Positions 11,472 to 20,446 of a stretch of 64,000 nt of DNA are shown piece after piece. Position 1 is the first letter of the stretch. Each line of letters opens with the position of its first letter. The notes under the pieces are model-generated. The model did no database searches and was not told the DNA's origin. It worked only from the letters and a program-made list of their open reading frames with translations. This DNA comes from Candidatus Krumholzibacteriota bacterium (GTDB lineage Bacteria > Krumholzibacteriota > Krumholzibacteriia > LZORAL124-64-63), in NCBI GenBank assembly GCA_022711765.1, contig JAKLEB010000002.1:422368-486367 (forward strand), written 5' to 3'. The position numbers and the translations under genes are program-made.

Positions 11472-11933
11472 CTAGAAGAACGTGAGACCCGCGGTGAGCT
11501 TCACGGTCGGCGCGTCCTCGACGCCCAGGCGGATCTCGGTCAGAAGCTCGCGAGACTGCGTCAGGTCGTAGGTGGCGCCGACGACCAGGTTCAGCGCGAA
11601 GTCGGTGGAATCGTGACCGTCTTTCGTGTAGTGGCCCAGCATCGGACCGCCGCCGGCGTAGAAACTCCAGCCGTTGCTGGCGTACTCGGTGAATTCGTAG
11701 ACGACGTCGCCGTTGGCGGCGAACAGGGTGCCGTCGCCGACGCCCACCTCGAGCGACGGGACGATGTGCACGTTGGCCGTCAGGTTGGCGAGCATCGCGT
11801 GCCCGCCGAAATGGAACTGGTCGAAGCCGGAATCGTGGGTGAAGCCCGCGCGCGGTCCGAAGGCGACGTCGGCGGCGGTCGCCGTCGCCGCGGCGATCAG
11901 CAGGGTCGCGAGGCAGGTGCAGACGGTTTTCAT
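11472..11933 (-). CDS. Small outer-membrane beta-barrel protein
   Basis: Signal peptide, alternating beta-strands (FYAGGGP, LNLVVGATY), C-terminal LTAGLTFF; strong AGGAGG RBS. Confidence 0.7.
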   Translation of the reverse strand: MKTVCTCLATLLIAAATATAADVAFGPRAGFTHDSGFDQFHFGGHAMLANLTANVHIVPSLEVGVGDGTLFAANGDVVYEFTEYASNGWSFYAGGGPMLGHYTKDGHDSTDFALNLVVGATYDLTQSRELLTEIRLGVEDAPTVKLTAGLTFF

Positions 11934-12052
11934 GGCTCCTCCTGGTCGGACTCGGGGTCGGCGCGGGAGATCATGTCCTGGAACGCGGAGCCGGGCAACG
12001 AGGTTTCCGCGCGGCGGCGGGTGGCGGGCGGCTCCGTCCGCCCATCGATGGT

Positions 12053-12484
12053 TCAACCGCGGACGGCTCGTCGCGCCGGCACGCCGAAGACCTCGCGCAC
12101 CCGAGCGACGATTTGCGGGTCCGTGAGCCGGTCGGCGTTCTCCAGCGAGAGCGGGCGGGAGGCGAGCGCCTTGTGCGAGGCGATCTTGCGCTTGAGCTCG
12201 TGCTTGGCCTGGCCTGGACCGAGGATGTGGATCTGCTCGGCGTCGCCGAGGCGCGCGATGATGGCGTCGTAGAAGCGGTCGAGGTAGTGGGACAGTCGCG
12301 CGTCCTGGCGATCGTCGGGGCCCACGCCGTGAGCCGACTGTCCTGGTGCGGCGCGCAGGCCTCCTCCGGAATGCGCTGGCGGCGGGACTTCCAGTTCGAT
12401 GGTTTCGGAGGAGAAGGTCTGGTCGCGGACGGTGACGAGGACGGCGCGCTTGCGGTCGAGCCAGAGGCCGATCTTCTGGCGCAT
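12053..12484 (-). CDS. Small eRF1/pelota-domain-2-like (host-attachment/baeRF-like) protein
   Basis: IGLWLDRKRAVLV start and FYDAII..L.DAEQIHILGPGQAKHEL pattern; GGAGG RBS. Confidence 0.55.
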   Translation of the reverse strand: MRQKIGLWLDRKRAVLVTVRDQTFSSETIELEVPPPAHSGGGLRAAPGQSAHGVGPDDRQDARLSHYLDRFYDAIIARLGDAEQIHILGPGQAKHELKRKIASHKALASRPLSLENADRLTDPQIVARVREVFGVPARRAVRG

Positions 12485-12663
12485 GGAGGCCTCCTTTCAC
12501 GATCGACAGGACTGTCGCTGCGCACAAGATACTCCAGCCTGCCGGTTCCGTCAGCTAGCCTTCGCTTGCTGGCCGCGGGCAGGTCGCCTAAGGTTAGCCT
12601 GCCGGCGCCGCGCGGCAGGCGAGACGCGCTTTCGGGCGCGCGGGCCGGGGAAAGGACCCCGCC

Positions 12664-13545
12664 ATGATGAGCATGACCGGATTCGGCAGCGGCGAGGCCG
12701 TGGCCGGTCCCGTGACCGTGACGGTGGAGCTGCGGTCGGTGAATCACCGTTTTCTCGACGCGTCGATCAAGCTGCCCGGTTCGCTGCAGTTCCTCGAAAT
12801 CGACCTGCGCAACCGGCTCAAGGACGGCATCGCCCGCGGCCGCGTGACCTGCGCGGCGACGGCGACCATCGATCCCGCCGCCTCCGCTCCCCGCCTCGAG
12901 CCCGGCCGGCTCGACGCGGCGCTGGCACTCCTGCTCGACGCCGCCGCCCGCGTGGAGCGGCAGACCGGCGAGCCCCAGGACGTGACGCTCGATCACCTCC
13001 TGCGGGTGCCCGACCTCTTCACGCCCGCGCAGGCGGAGCTGTCCCGCGACGACCTGCAGGCGGCGTTCTTCACGGCATTCGACCGGGCGCTCGCCGGACT
13101 GCAGGCGATGAAGCGGCAGGAAGGGTCGAAGCTGGTGACGGAGATGCAGGATCGCCTCGCGGCCATCGCCGACGGGCTGGTCGAGGTCCGCGCGCTCGCT
13201 CCCCGCGCGGCCGAGGAGGCCCACCGCAAGCTCAGCGAGCGGCTGATGGAGCTGATCGGCAGCGAGGTCGACCCGCAGCGGCTCGCGCAGGAGGCCGCCT
13301 TCCTCGCCGACAAGGCCAACATCAACGAGGAGTGCGAGCGGCTCGCGATCCACCTGCAGCACGCGCGCGACGACCTCGCGGCCGGCGGCCAGGTCGCGAA
13401 GCGGCTCAATTTCCTGCTGCAGGAGATGCACCGCGAGGTCAACACGATGGGCGCGAAGACCAACCTCATGGAGATCACCCAGCTCGTGATCGGCATGAAG
13501 GACGAGGTGGAATCGCTGCGCGAGCAGGTCCAGAACCTGGAGTAG
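12664..13545 (+). CDS. yicC: YicC/YloC family endoribonuclease
   Basis: MMSMTGFG, ELRSVNHRFLD, RLAQEAAFLADKANINEE, KRLNFLLQEMHREVNTMGAK, ESLREQVQNLE. Confidence 0.95.
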   Translation: MMSMTGFGSGEAVAGPVTVTVELRSVNHRFLDASIKLPGSLQFLEIDLRNRLKDGIARGRVTCAATATIDPAASAPRLEPGRLDAALALLLDAAARVERQTGEPQDVTLDHLLRVPDLFTPAQAELSRDDLQAAFFTAFDRALAGLQAMKRQEGSKLVTEMQDRLAAIADGLVEVRALAPRAAEEAHRKLSERLMELIGSEVDPQRLAQEAAFLADKANINEECERLAIHLQHARDDLAAGGQVAKRLNFLLQEMHREVNTMGAKTNLMEITQLVIGMKDEVESLREQVQNLE

Positions 13546-13549
13546 GGCG

Positions 13550-14155
13550 ATGATCCTGCTGATCTCGGGGCCCTCGGGCGCCGGCAAGAGCACCGTCTAC
13601 CACGAGCTGTTGCGGCGCGACCCGCGGCTCGGCTTCTCGGTGTCGACGACCACGCGGCCCGCGCGCGCCGGGGAGAAGGACGGCGTCGACTACGACTTCG
13701 TCGACGACGCGGAGTTCGACCGCCTGGTGGCGGCCGGCGCCTTCCTCGAATGGGCTCGCGTCCACGACCGCCGTTACGGCACGCGCCGCGACCAGGTGGC
13801 CGCGCTGGAGGCGGCCGGCAGGATCCCCCTGCTGGACATCGACGTGCAGGGCGGCGTGCAGGTGCTCGACCAGGTCGGCGTCGAGGTGGTGTCGGTCTTC
13901 GTCTGGCCGCCGTCCTGGGCGGCGCTCGAGGCGCGGCTGCGGGAGCGCGGGACCGACAGCGACGCCGTGATCGCGACGCGCCTGAAGAACGCGCGGTGGG
14001 AGATCGGGTACGCCGACCGGTACGCGTACTGGGTCGTGAACGACGAGGTCGAGGCTGCGGTCCGGCGGCTGGAGGCGATCCTGGTGGCGGAAGGGTGCCG
14101 CCGGGAGCGGTGGGGCGCAGCGCCGGTGCAGGCGCCGGCGCGCGAGCTGGAGTGA
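13550..14155 (+). CDS. gmk: Guanylate kinase
   Basis: SGPSGAGKST, SVSTTTRPAR.GEKDGVDYDF, FLEWARVHDRRYGT, LLDIDVQG. Confidence 0.96.
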   Translation: MILLISGPSGAGKSTVYHELLRRDPRLGFSVSTTTRPARAGEKDGVDYDFVDDAEFDRLVAAGAFLEWARVHDRRYGTRRDQVAALEAAGRIPLLDIDVQGGVQVLDQVGVEVVSVFVWPPSWAALEARLRERGTDSDAVIATRLKNARWEIGYADRYAYWVVNDEVEAAVRRLEAILVAEGCRRERWGAAPVQAPARELE

Positions 14156-14225
14156 ACGGCGACGCACGGACCGAGCCCCTGGCGTCCGCGCTTCGCTGTC
14201 AGCGACCACCGGCACGAGCCGTCGG

Positions 14226-15212
14226 TCACCGCGCCGCCGGCACCGCCGCGCGGTCGGGCCGTGGCGTCGCCACCCCGCGCGCGAGATGGCGCGCGAGCGT
14301 GGCGGCGATCGGCAGGCCGGTCGCCATCTCCACGTAGAGGAACTGGCCCGCGGGGTTGATCTCCAGGAACACGTATTCGCCGCCGGGAGTGAGCCGCAGA
14401 TCGATGGCGCCGTACTCGAGGCCGAGCCGGCGCATGAGGGCGAGCAGCCGCGCCGAGACCGCCGGCGGCAATTCGTGCGCCCGGTACTCGATCTGCGAGT
14501 TGAACCGCACGTCCACCTTGTACTCGCCGGTCTGGGAGTGGGCCTCGGCGGCCAGGAGCTCCTCGCCGACGGCCGTGACCCGCAGGTCGACGACGGCCGG
14601 GATGTACTCCTGGAAGATGACAGGCGCGAGGCGGATCGCCTCGGCGTACGCCTCCTCTTCATCGCGCAGGATCCTGGTCTCGCGCCAGGCGTGGAAGTTC
14701 GCGAGGAACTGCTTGTAGACGACCTGGCCCGGGCGGTCGCGCCAAAAGGCGCGGGCCGCCTCCGGGTCGTTGGTCATGAGCGTCTCGGGAATGGCGAGCC
14801 CGACCTCCTTGGCGACCGCCAGCTGCCACGGCTTGTGGGCGGCCGCGGTGTCCGCGAAGATGTCGTTCACCCAGAGCGCGGCGCTGGTCTGCCACATCCC
14901 CTGGAACGCGGTGGCGGCTTCGCTCATCGCGAAGTGGCGCATCGCCGGATCCGACACCGCGGCAGGGATCCCGAATCCCTGGGGCCGGCGCCACCAGAAC
15001 GCCTTCACCTCGTCGAGCCCCACCCGCATCCCGTCGGGGAACGTCAGGGAGAGGTCGCGGGTACCGTTGCGGCCGAACCGCATGCCGAGGCTCATACGCA
15101 GGGGGAATTCGCCGAGGTCGAGGATCCGCACGCGGGTCTCGCCCAGGAGGGCCAGCTCCCGCATGACGGCCTGCGCGTGGATGTCCTCGGGGGCGGAGAT
15201 GATGAGGATCAT
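14226..15212 (-). CDS. RimK-like ATP-grasp peptide ligase, graspetide (MvdC/MvdD-like) macrocyclase
   Basis: FWWRRP, WVND...AAHKPWQL..AKEVGLAIPETLMTNDP, VVYKQF, APVIFQEYIP..DLRVTAVG, YGAIDL..TPGGEYVFLEINPAGQFL; directly downstream of a Thr/Lys/Asp/Glu repeat protein. Confidence 0.9.
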   Translation of the reverse strand: MILIISAPEDIHAQAVMRELALLGETRVRILDLGEFPLRMSLGMRFGRNGTRDLSLTFPDGMRVGLDEVKAFWWRRPQGFGIPAAVSDPAMRHFAMSEAATAFQGMWQTSAALWVNDIFADTAAAHKPWQLAVAKEVGLAIPETLMTNDPEAARAFWRDRPGQVVYKQFLANFHAWRETRILRDEEEAYAEAIRLAPVIFQEYIPAVVDLRVTAVGEELLAAEAHSQTGEYKVDVRFNSQIEYRAHELPPAVSARLLALMRRLGLEYGAIDLRLTPGGEYVFLEINPAGQFLYVEMATGLPIAATLARHLARGVATPRPDRAAVPAAR

Positions 15213-15264
15213 GACGGCCTTTCCGGTGAAGCGGGGGGCGCCTCCGCCGAGGCGCCCCGCTCGA

Positions 15265-16152
15265 TCAGAACATCATGCCGGGGAGGTTCCACTGAGGCGG
15301 TTGATAGCCGCCCCCGGGCTGCTCGACGAGCGTGCCGCCGCCGACCTCGACCCAGGTGATCGGGTCCTGGATCGGGTCCTTGGTGAGTTCCTTGATGGTG
15401 GGCTGCTGGTCGAAGTAAGGGAACGTGCGGATGTCGACCAGCGGTGTCGTGTGCGGCTGGTCGAAGAAGTGGACCGTCTGCGGCTGATCCAGCGTCGGGA
15501 TCGTGGCGACCATGTCGAGCGCCACGGCTGTCGCGGCCTGGGCCTGGGCCTGCGCCTGGAACTGCGGCAGGCCGGCGGCCGCCGCTTGCCGCGCGATCAC
15601 CTCCGGCGGCGCGTGATGCGGCGTGGCCATCACGAACGGGATCGTGCCAAACTGACCCGGATCGATGGGATCGCCGAGTTGCTTGCCGGGGCCGATCACC
15701 TCCTGGATCGTGATCGGATCCTGGATCGGGTCCTTCGTCAATTCCTTGACCGTGTCGAAGGGCTGCTCCTTGATCGTGTCCCAGGGCTGTTCCTTGATCG
15801 TGTCGATGATCGGATCCTTGGGCTGTTCCTTGATTGTGTCGATCGGCGCTTCCTTGATGGTGTCGATCGGCCCCTTGGCGATGAGATCGCGAATCCGCGC
15901 CGGATCCAGCTTGAGCTCGAGGATCTTCTGCGTCCCGGTCTCCTGGACGATGCGGTACGACTCGACCGCGGCGACCGGCAGCTCGATGGTCTGGCCGCCG
16001 GTCATCAGGATGAACTGGTCGTTCTTGGACGATCTCATGACGGCGCCGACCATGGTCACCGGGCCCGTGACCTCGCGCGCCTCGGGCGCCTGGCGCAGGT
16101 AGTCGGCGAACGGCTTGTCTCCGCGCCCCGCCGACGGGTTCTTCTCGGGCAT
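15265..16152 (-). CDS. Putative multicore graspetide precursor (295 aa)
   Basis: GAGGAG RBS + ATG 16152; DT[IV]KE x5, KELTKDPIQDPIT x2, PFVMATPHH, TxxxxD x4; 52 bp upstream of the ATP-grasp gene. Confidence 0.8.
   Translation of the reverse strand: MPEKNPSAGRGDKPFADYLRQAPEAREVTGPVTMVGAVMRSSKNDQFILMTGGQTIELPVAAVESYRIVQETGTQKILELKLDPARIRDLIAKGPIDTIKEAPIDTIKEQPKDPIIDTIKEQPWDTIKEQPFDTVKELTKDPIQDPITIQEVIGPGKQLGDPIDPGQFGTIPFVMATPHHAPPEVIARQAAAAGLPQFQAQAQAQAATAVALDMVATIPTLDQPQTVHFFDQPHTTPLVDIRTFPYFDQQPTIKELTKDPIQDPITWVEVGGGTLVEQPGGGYQPPQWNLPGMMF
15742..15870 (-). repeat. Coding tandem repeat, ~24-bp unit (xDTIKEQP) x5
   Basis: Repeated GGCTG[TC]TCCTTGA[TC]xGTGTC on + strand, in frame in the precursor. 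Confidence 0.9.
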
Positions 16153-16383
16153 GGCACACACTCCTCGGGGTAGCTTCCGTGTTGGTCTATGACGCGGCGG
16201 CGCCGCGCCGGACGCGAGCCGAGCCGAAGCTGACGATTCGAGGAGATCCGGTGGGAAGCGCAGCGATCTTCTCGGGTGCGGGAGGTTCCGACGAGGGCCA
16301 TCGAAACGGGCGAGTCCCCACGGCCACCTGAACGCCGATCCGGCTCCTGCACGTGCGTCGAAGATGCTGGCTGAGCCGAAATT

Positions 16384-16412
16384 AGAATATTTCAATCCTA
16401 TTTGCTTGTCAA
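16384..16412 (-). promoter_or_regulatory. Sigma70-type promoter of the precursor/ATP-grasp operon
   Basis: Minus strand TTGACA-17 bp-TATTCT in an AT-rich patch ~230 nt upstream of ATG 16152. Confidence 0.75.
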
Positions 16413-16502
16413 CGGACTCTCGCGACTCCCCGCGGCCGGCGCGGCCTTGGACCGACGACCCGCGCGCACCTCGGGTAGCCGGCGGTACCGTCGTGCCCGC
16501 GG

Positions 16503-18794
16503 TCAGGCCTCGCCGACCCGCTTGCGCAGCTCGTCCAGGTTCAGATCGATGGACGTGCGGGATCGCAACAGGTTCTCGAGGACCTCGTCCGGCGGGCGGC
16601 GGCTCGCCTCGCCCGGCGGCAGATCGCCCAGGCGGCGGTTCAGGCTCTCCCAGACGTCCCGAGGCAGCACGCTCTCGAGATACTCCAGGCTGGTCCCGCG
16701 CAGCACGACGTCGCTGGTGAGCAGGCCCTTGTAGGAGATCTGCAGCGGCTCGCGCGGCAGCACCAGCGAGAGCAGCGTGAAGACGTATTCGAGGCTGCGG
16801 CTGCTGCGCGCGCGAAGCGTCGCGTCGCCGGCGATGGTCGATTCCGCCGGCGGCGGGTCGTCGATGAGCCGCCGGTTCTCCCACAGGCCCTTCTCGACGC
16901 GCGCTTCCCGCAAGACCGCCGCGTAGACGGACCTGCCGTCGACGGCGAGGGACGGCTCGCGCTCGCGCAGGCTCGCGAGCGCGGCGGCCGCCCGGAAGCG
17001 GACCTCGAAACGCTGGTCGTCCAGAGCCGCCGTCAATCCGGCGCACGCGCGCGCCGTGGCACAGGTGGCGAGGATCCGGGGGATGCGCCGGCGGACGGCG
17101 AAATCCTCGGCGGGGTCGATCAGCCGGTCGATCAGCTGGCCGGTGATCGCCGGCGCCGCTCTCGCGAGCGCTCGCGACGCCCAGGCGGTGACGTCGTCCC
17201 ACGCGAGCAGCGTGGTAACCTGGCCGGCGATGACGGGGCTCACGACGGATAGCTGCCGCAAATGCGCGCGGACGCGGCGCGCGTCGCCCGAGCGCAGCTC
17301 GACCAGGGCCGCGACCTCGGGATCCACGGCCCGCGCGGACCTGTCCGGCGGCGGCGGGTGCAGGGCGGCGGTCTTCCGGTCGGCCTCGTCGACGTTCGCC
17401 GTCGCCGCAAGGACCGTCCGGCGGACGTCGCCCAGCTTGAGGTCGTCGAGGGTCATGGAGAGGTCGAGACCGCTGAACGTCTCCATCAGGCTCGGCATGG
17501 CGTGCGCCTCGCCGGGGTCGAGCTCGAGGACCTTGGCGCGGTTGATCAGGCTCGCCTCGAGCGCGCGGACGTAACCGGGGCGCAGCGCGCGCGTCACGAG
17601 AAACCCGAGGACCGAGATCGCGACCGCGAGCAGCAGGAGCACCTGGCCGGAGGCCGCCGCCGGCAACAGGATGACGGCGCGGACGAGCACGCCGCCGACG
17701 ATGTCGCCGACGCGGTCGGCGCCGACGTCGATGATCGTCCGGGTGGCGCGGCGATCGCCCGGAACGACCGGCGTGAAGAGGAGCTCGTAGCTGGACCGAT
17801 GCAGCGATCCCTGGACCACGGCCTCGAGGCCGCGCAGGAAGCCCAGGCTGGCGAGGCTCACGAAGGGCGCGACGATCAGCCCGCCCACCGACAGCAGGGC
17901 CGGCCGGACCGCCATGCCCGGCGCGATCCCGATCCGTTCGATGAGGCGGCGCGTGACGCCGGCCTGCACGGCGAGCGTGACGAGCGACACGACCGTGTAG
18001 AAGATCGCGAAGAACCGCACGAGCTCGGCGCTGGTCGCGTAGGTCTGCGTCGCCCGGGCCTTGAACAGGAAGTCCACGAGCGTCGCCGCCGCGTTGCCGA
18101 GCAGGACGACCAGGGCCAGGTTGCGCAGGTAGGGGACCCGGCGCAGCACCTGGAAGCCGGACTCGCTCGCCGGGGGCCGGTCGGCGCGGGCCGCCGGCCG
18201 GTCCGACCGCGGCCTGGCGGTCGCGTGATGCGAGGGCAGTTGCCGCAGGAGGGCCGCGCAGACCAGGTGGAAGCCGGCGATGATGGGCAGCACCCAGAGG
18301 ATGCCGAGCGACGCGCTGACCCGGTCGGCGATCATGCCGCCGAACAGTCCGCCCGCCGTGGCGCCGCCGGCGATCCGGCCGATGTTCCGCTTGGCGGTCC
18401 GCGGGTCGAAGCTCTCGTTGATGGTCGACCAGAATCCCGAGATGAGGATCGAGCTGATGACCGCGACGTGCAGGTAGACGACGACAGCCGCGATCCGGAT
18501 GGTCACCGTCGCCAGGAGCCACTCGCCGAGAAGGAGCAGCCCGCTCGCGATGAAGAACGGCGGGATGACGCGCGCCGGTCCGTACCGCGCGACCCACCGC
18601 GCCGCGACCAGCACGGCTCCGATGGAGAGCACCGCCGAGATGACCAGGACCAGCGGCAAGGTCGAGATCGGGTAGTTGGACAGGAACAGCGCGTCCCGCA
18701 CGGCCTTGCCGGCGATCTGGGTGGCGATCATGACCGCGGCGCACGCCGACGCCGTGACGACCGGTGGGGCGGCGGCTGACCGGCGCCCGCTCAT
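16503..18794 (-). CDS. TLC/Npt (ATP/ADP translocase-like) transporter fused to HEAT repeats
   Basis: ~12 TM segments with KAVRDALFL, FWSTINESFDPRTAKR, SSYELLFTP, IIDVGADRVGD; C-terminal helical repeats (LDDQRFEVRFRAAAAL); ATG overlaps kinase stop (ATGA). Confidence 0.75.
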   Translation of the reverse strand: MSGRRSAAAPPVVTASACAAVMIATQIAGKAVRDALFLSNYPISTLPLVLVISAVLSIGAVLVAARWVARYGPARVIPPFFIASGLLLLGEWLLATVTIRIAAVVVYLHVAVISSILISGFWSTINESFDPRTAKRNIGRIAGGATAGGLFGGMIADRVSASLGILWVLPIIAGFHLVCAALLRQLPSHHATARPRSDRPAARADRPPASESGFQVLRRVPYLRNLALVVLLGNAAATLVDFLFKARATQTYATSAELVRFFAIFYTVVSLVTLAVQAGVTRRLIERIGIAPGMAVRPALLSVGGLIVAPFVSLASLGFLRGLEAVVQGSLHRSSYELLFTPVVPGDRRATRTIIDVGADRVGDIVGGVLVRAVILLPAAASGQVLLLLAVAISVLGFLVTRALRPGYVRALEASLINRAKVLELDPGEAHAMPSLMETFSGLDLSMTLDDLKLGDVRRTVLAATANVDEADRKTAALHPPPPDRSARAVDPEVAALVELRSGDARRVRAHLRQLSVVSPVIAGQVTTLLAWDDVTAWASRALARAAPAITGQLIDRLIDPAEDFAVRRRIPRILATCATARACAGLTAALDDQRFEVRFRAAAALASLREREPSLAVDGRSVYAAVLREARVEKGLWENRRLIDDPPPAESTIAGDATLRARSSRSLEYVFTLLSLVLPREPLQISYKGLLTSDVVLRGTSLEYLESVLPRDVWESLNRRLGDLPPGEASRRPPDEVLENLLRSRTSIDLNLDELRKRVGEA

Positions 18795-20446
18795 GGGTCG
18801 AGCGCCGCGGATTCGACGGCCGCGAACGCGCCGTCCGCGGAACCGGCGTAGAGATGCGGCAGGTTGACCCGCCACCACTGCTCGGCGCGCTCTCGCGTCC
18901 ACGGCGGCAGCGTCGCCGCCACCTCGGCGAGCATCACGCTGAGTTCTTCGGCCGAACCCGGCCGGTCGTCCGGATCCTTGGCCAGGCAAGCCCGCACGAT
19001 CGCCTCCAGGCGCGGCGGGACCTCGATCTCGCTGCGCGCGCTCATGGCCGGCGGCGTCTCCTTCACGTGCTGCACGAGGACCGACACGGGGGTGCCCGAG
19101 AACACCATCTGACCGGTCAAGAGCCAGTAAGCGACACAGCCCAGTCCGTAGATGTCGGCGCGCGGGCCGGCCGCGTGGTCGCCGAGGATCGCCTCCGGCG
19201 CCATGAATCCGGGAGTGCCGCTGGTGAGTCCGGCGCCGCCGAACCGGGTGGTCGCGTCGGTCGATTCCCCGACGTTCCGGACGAGTCCGAAGTCGAGCAC
19301 CTTCAGGACGTCGAACTCGCGGCCCCGCCGGCAGGTGAACAGGTTCGCCGGCTTGACGTCGCGGTGGATCAGGCCCCGATGGTGGGCGTCGGCGAGGGAA
19401 TCGCAGGCGGCCCGCAGGAAGTGGATCGCCCGCTCCGCCGGCACGGGTCCGTTCTCCTGTACGAGCGTCTTGAGGTCGCGCCCCTCGAGGAGTTCCATGA
19501 CGTAGTAGAACACGCCGTCGTCGCCGGTGCCGAAGTCGTAGAGCACGATGGAATGCGGAGACGAGAGCATCGCCGTCGCCTGCGCCTCGCGCTCGAAGCG
19601 CCGCAGCCCCGTCGCCCCGCCGTCGTCGCCGTTGGCGCCGGCGCGATCGGGCCGGATCAGCTTGACGGCGGCGGGCCGCCGGAGCATCCGGTGCTTGGCC
19701 GTCCAGACCTCGCCCATCCCGCCCGCGCCGATCTTGCGGACGAGCTGATAGGCGCCCAGGCGCTGTGCCTTGGACACGCTCCGGGCGAGGTGGAACACGC
19801 GGGATGCGCACGCGTAGCCGATGCCGACGCAGATGAAGACGGTCGTGGCGAGCCGCGCCAGCGCGATGTACGGCGATCCCACGAACTCGGCCGGAGTGCC
19901 GTGGACGAGGACCGACAGGGTGGCCGTGGCCGGCAGCGTCGCCGCGGCGAGGAGCGACGCCACGAGGATCTGCCGGGGCGGCAGGGTCACCACGCTGGCG
20001 TACATGACGATCCACACGCCGAGCCAGCTGACGCCGAACTCGAACGCGTGGTTCGTGAACGTGCTTTCCCAGCGCCAGGACCGGGCCGCGATCCCGAGGG
20101 ATGACACGATCAGGAAGATCGTCGCCAGGCGGCAGTAAGCGAGGCTCGAGCAGCGGTCGCACCGGCACCGGAACGCGACGAAGGACGCGCACCCGATCGC
20201 GCCCAGCGCGATCACGGCGTCGAACGCCGGCGGGAGCTGGAACTCGCGGACCGCCGCCAGCGAGATGAGCCAGCTCGACAGGAACACGACGGCATAGCCC
20301 ACGGCGTAGGTCGTGGCGGCCGCGGCGAGGGCCCGCAGGGCGCTCGCCTGCGTCTCGCGGTCCAGTTCGACGAAGCGGGACGGGCCGCTGGTCTCGTTCG
20401 ACTCGGCCCTGGGTCGGATGGCGATCGGCACGACCACGCTGAGCAC
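18791..20446 (-). CDS. Membrane-anchored Hanks-type Ser/Thr protein kinase
   Basis: N-terminal TM helices; IGAGGMGEVW, AAVKLI, FEREA, HRDVKPANL, KVLDFGL, GTPGFMAPE, DIYGLG; start approximate. Confidence 0.92.
   Translation of the reverse strand: MLSVVVPIAIRPRAESNETSGPSRFVELDRETQASALRALAAAATTYAVGYAVVFLSSWLISLAAVREFQLPPAFDAVIALGAIGCASFVAFRCRCDRCSSLAYCRLATIFLIVSSLGIAARSWRWESTFTNHAFEFGVSWLGVWIVMYASVVTLPPRQILVASLLAAATLPATATLSVLVHGTPAEFVGSPYIALARLATTVFICVGIGYACASRVFHLARSVSKAQRLGAYQLVRKIGAGGMGEVWTAKHRMLRRPAAVKLIRPDRAGANGDDGGATGLRRFEREAQATAMLSSPHSIVLYDFGTGDDGVFYYVMELLEGRDLKTLVQENGPVPAERAIHFLRAACDSLADAHHRGLIHRDVKPANLFTCRRGREFDVLKVLDFGLVRNVGESTDATTRFGGAGLTSGTPGFMAPEAILGDHAAGPRADIYGLGCVAYWLLTGQMVFSGTPVSVLVQHVKETPPAMSARSEIEVPPRLEAIVRACLAKDPDDRPGSAEELSVMLAEVAATLPPWTRERAEQWWRVNLPHLYAGSADGAFAAVESAALDP

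Noticed and set aside
11931-11945. Identical 15-mer CATGGCTCCTCCTGG also at 52225
   Set aside because: Reverse complement is CCAGGAGGAGCCATG, an optimal RBS plus start codon; convergence is sufficient
15742-15870. Short direct repeats that might be called a CRISPR array
   Set aside because: Units are in-frame codon multiples with no unique spacers, vary at synonymous positions, and no cas genes are present
15265-18744. 1159-aa ORF suggesting a giant precursor
   Set aside because: Real start is 16152 (RBS and promoter); upstream part is an off-frame reading of the Npt-HEAT gene
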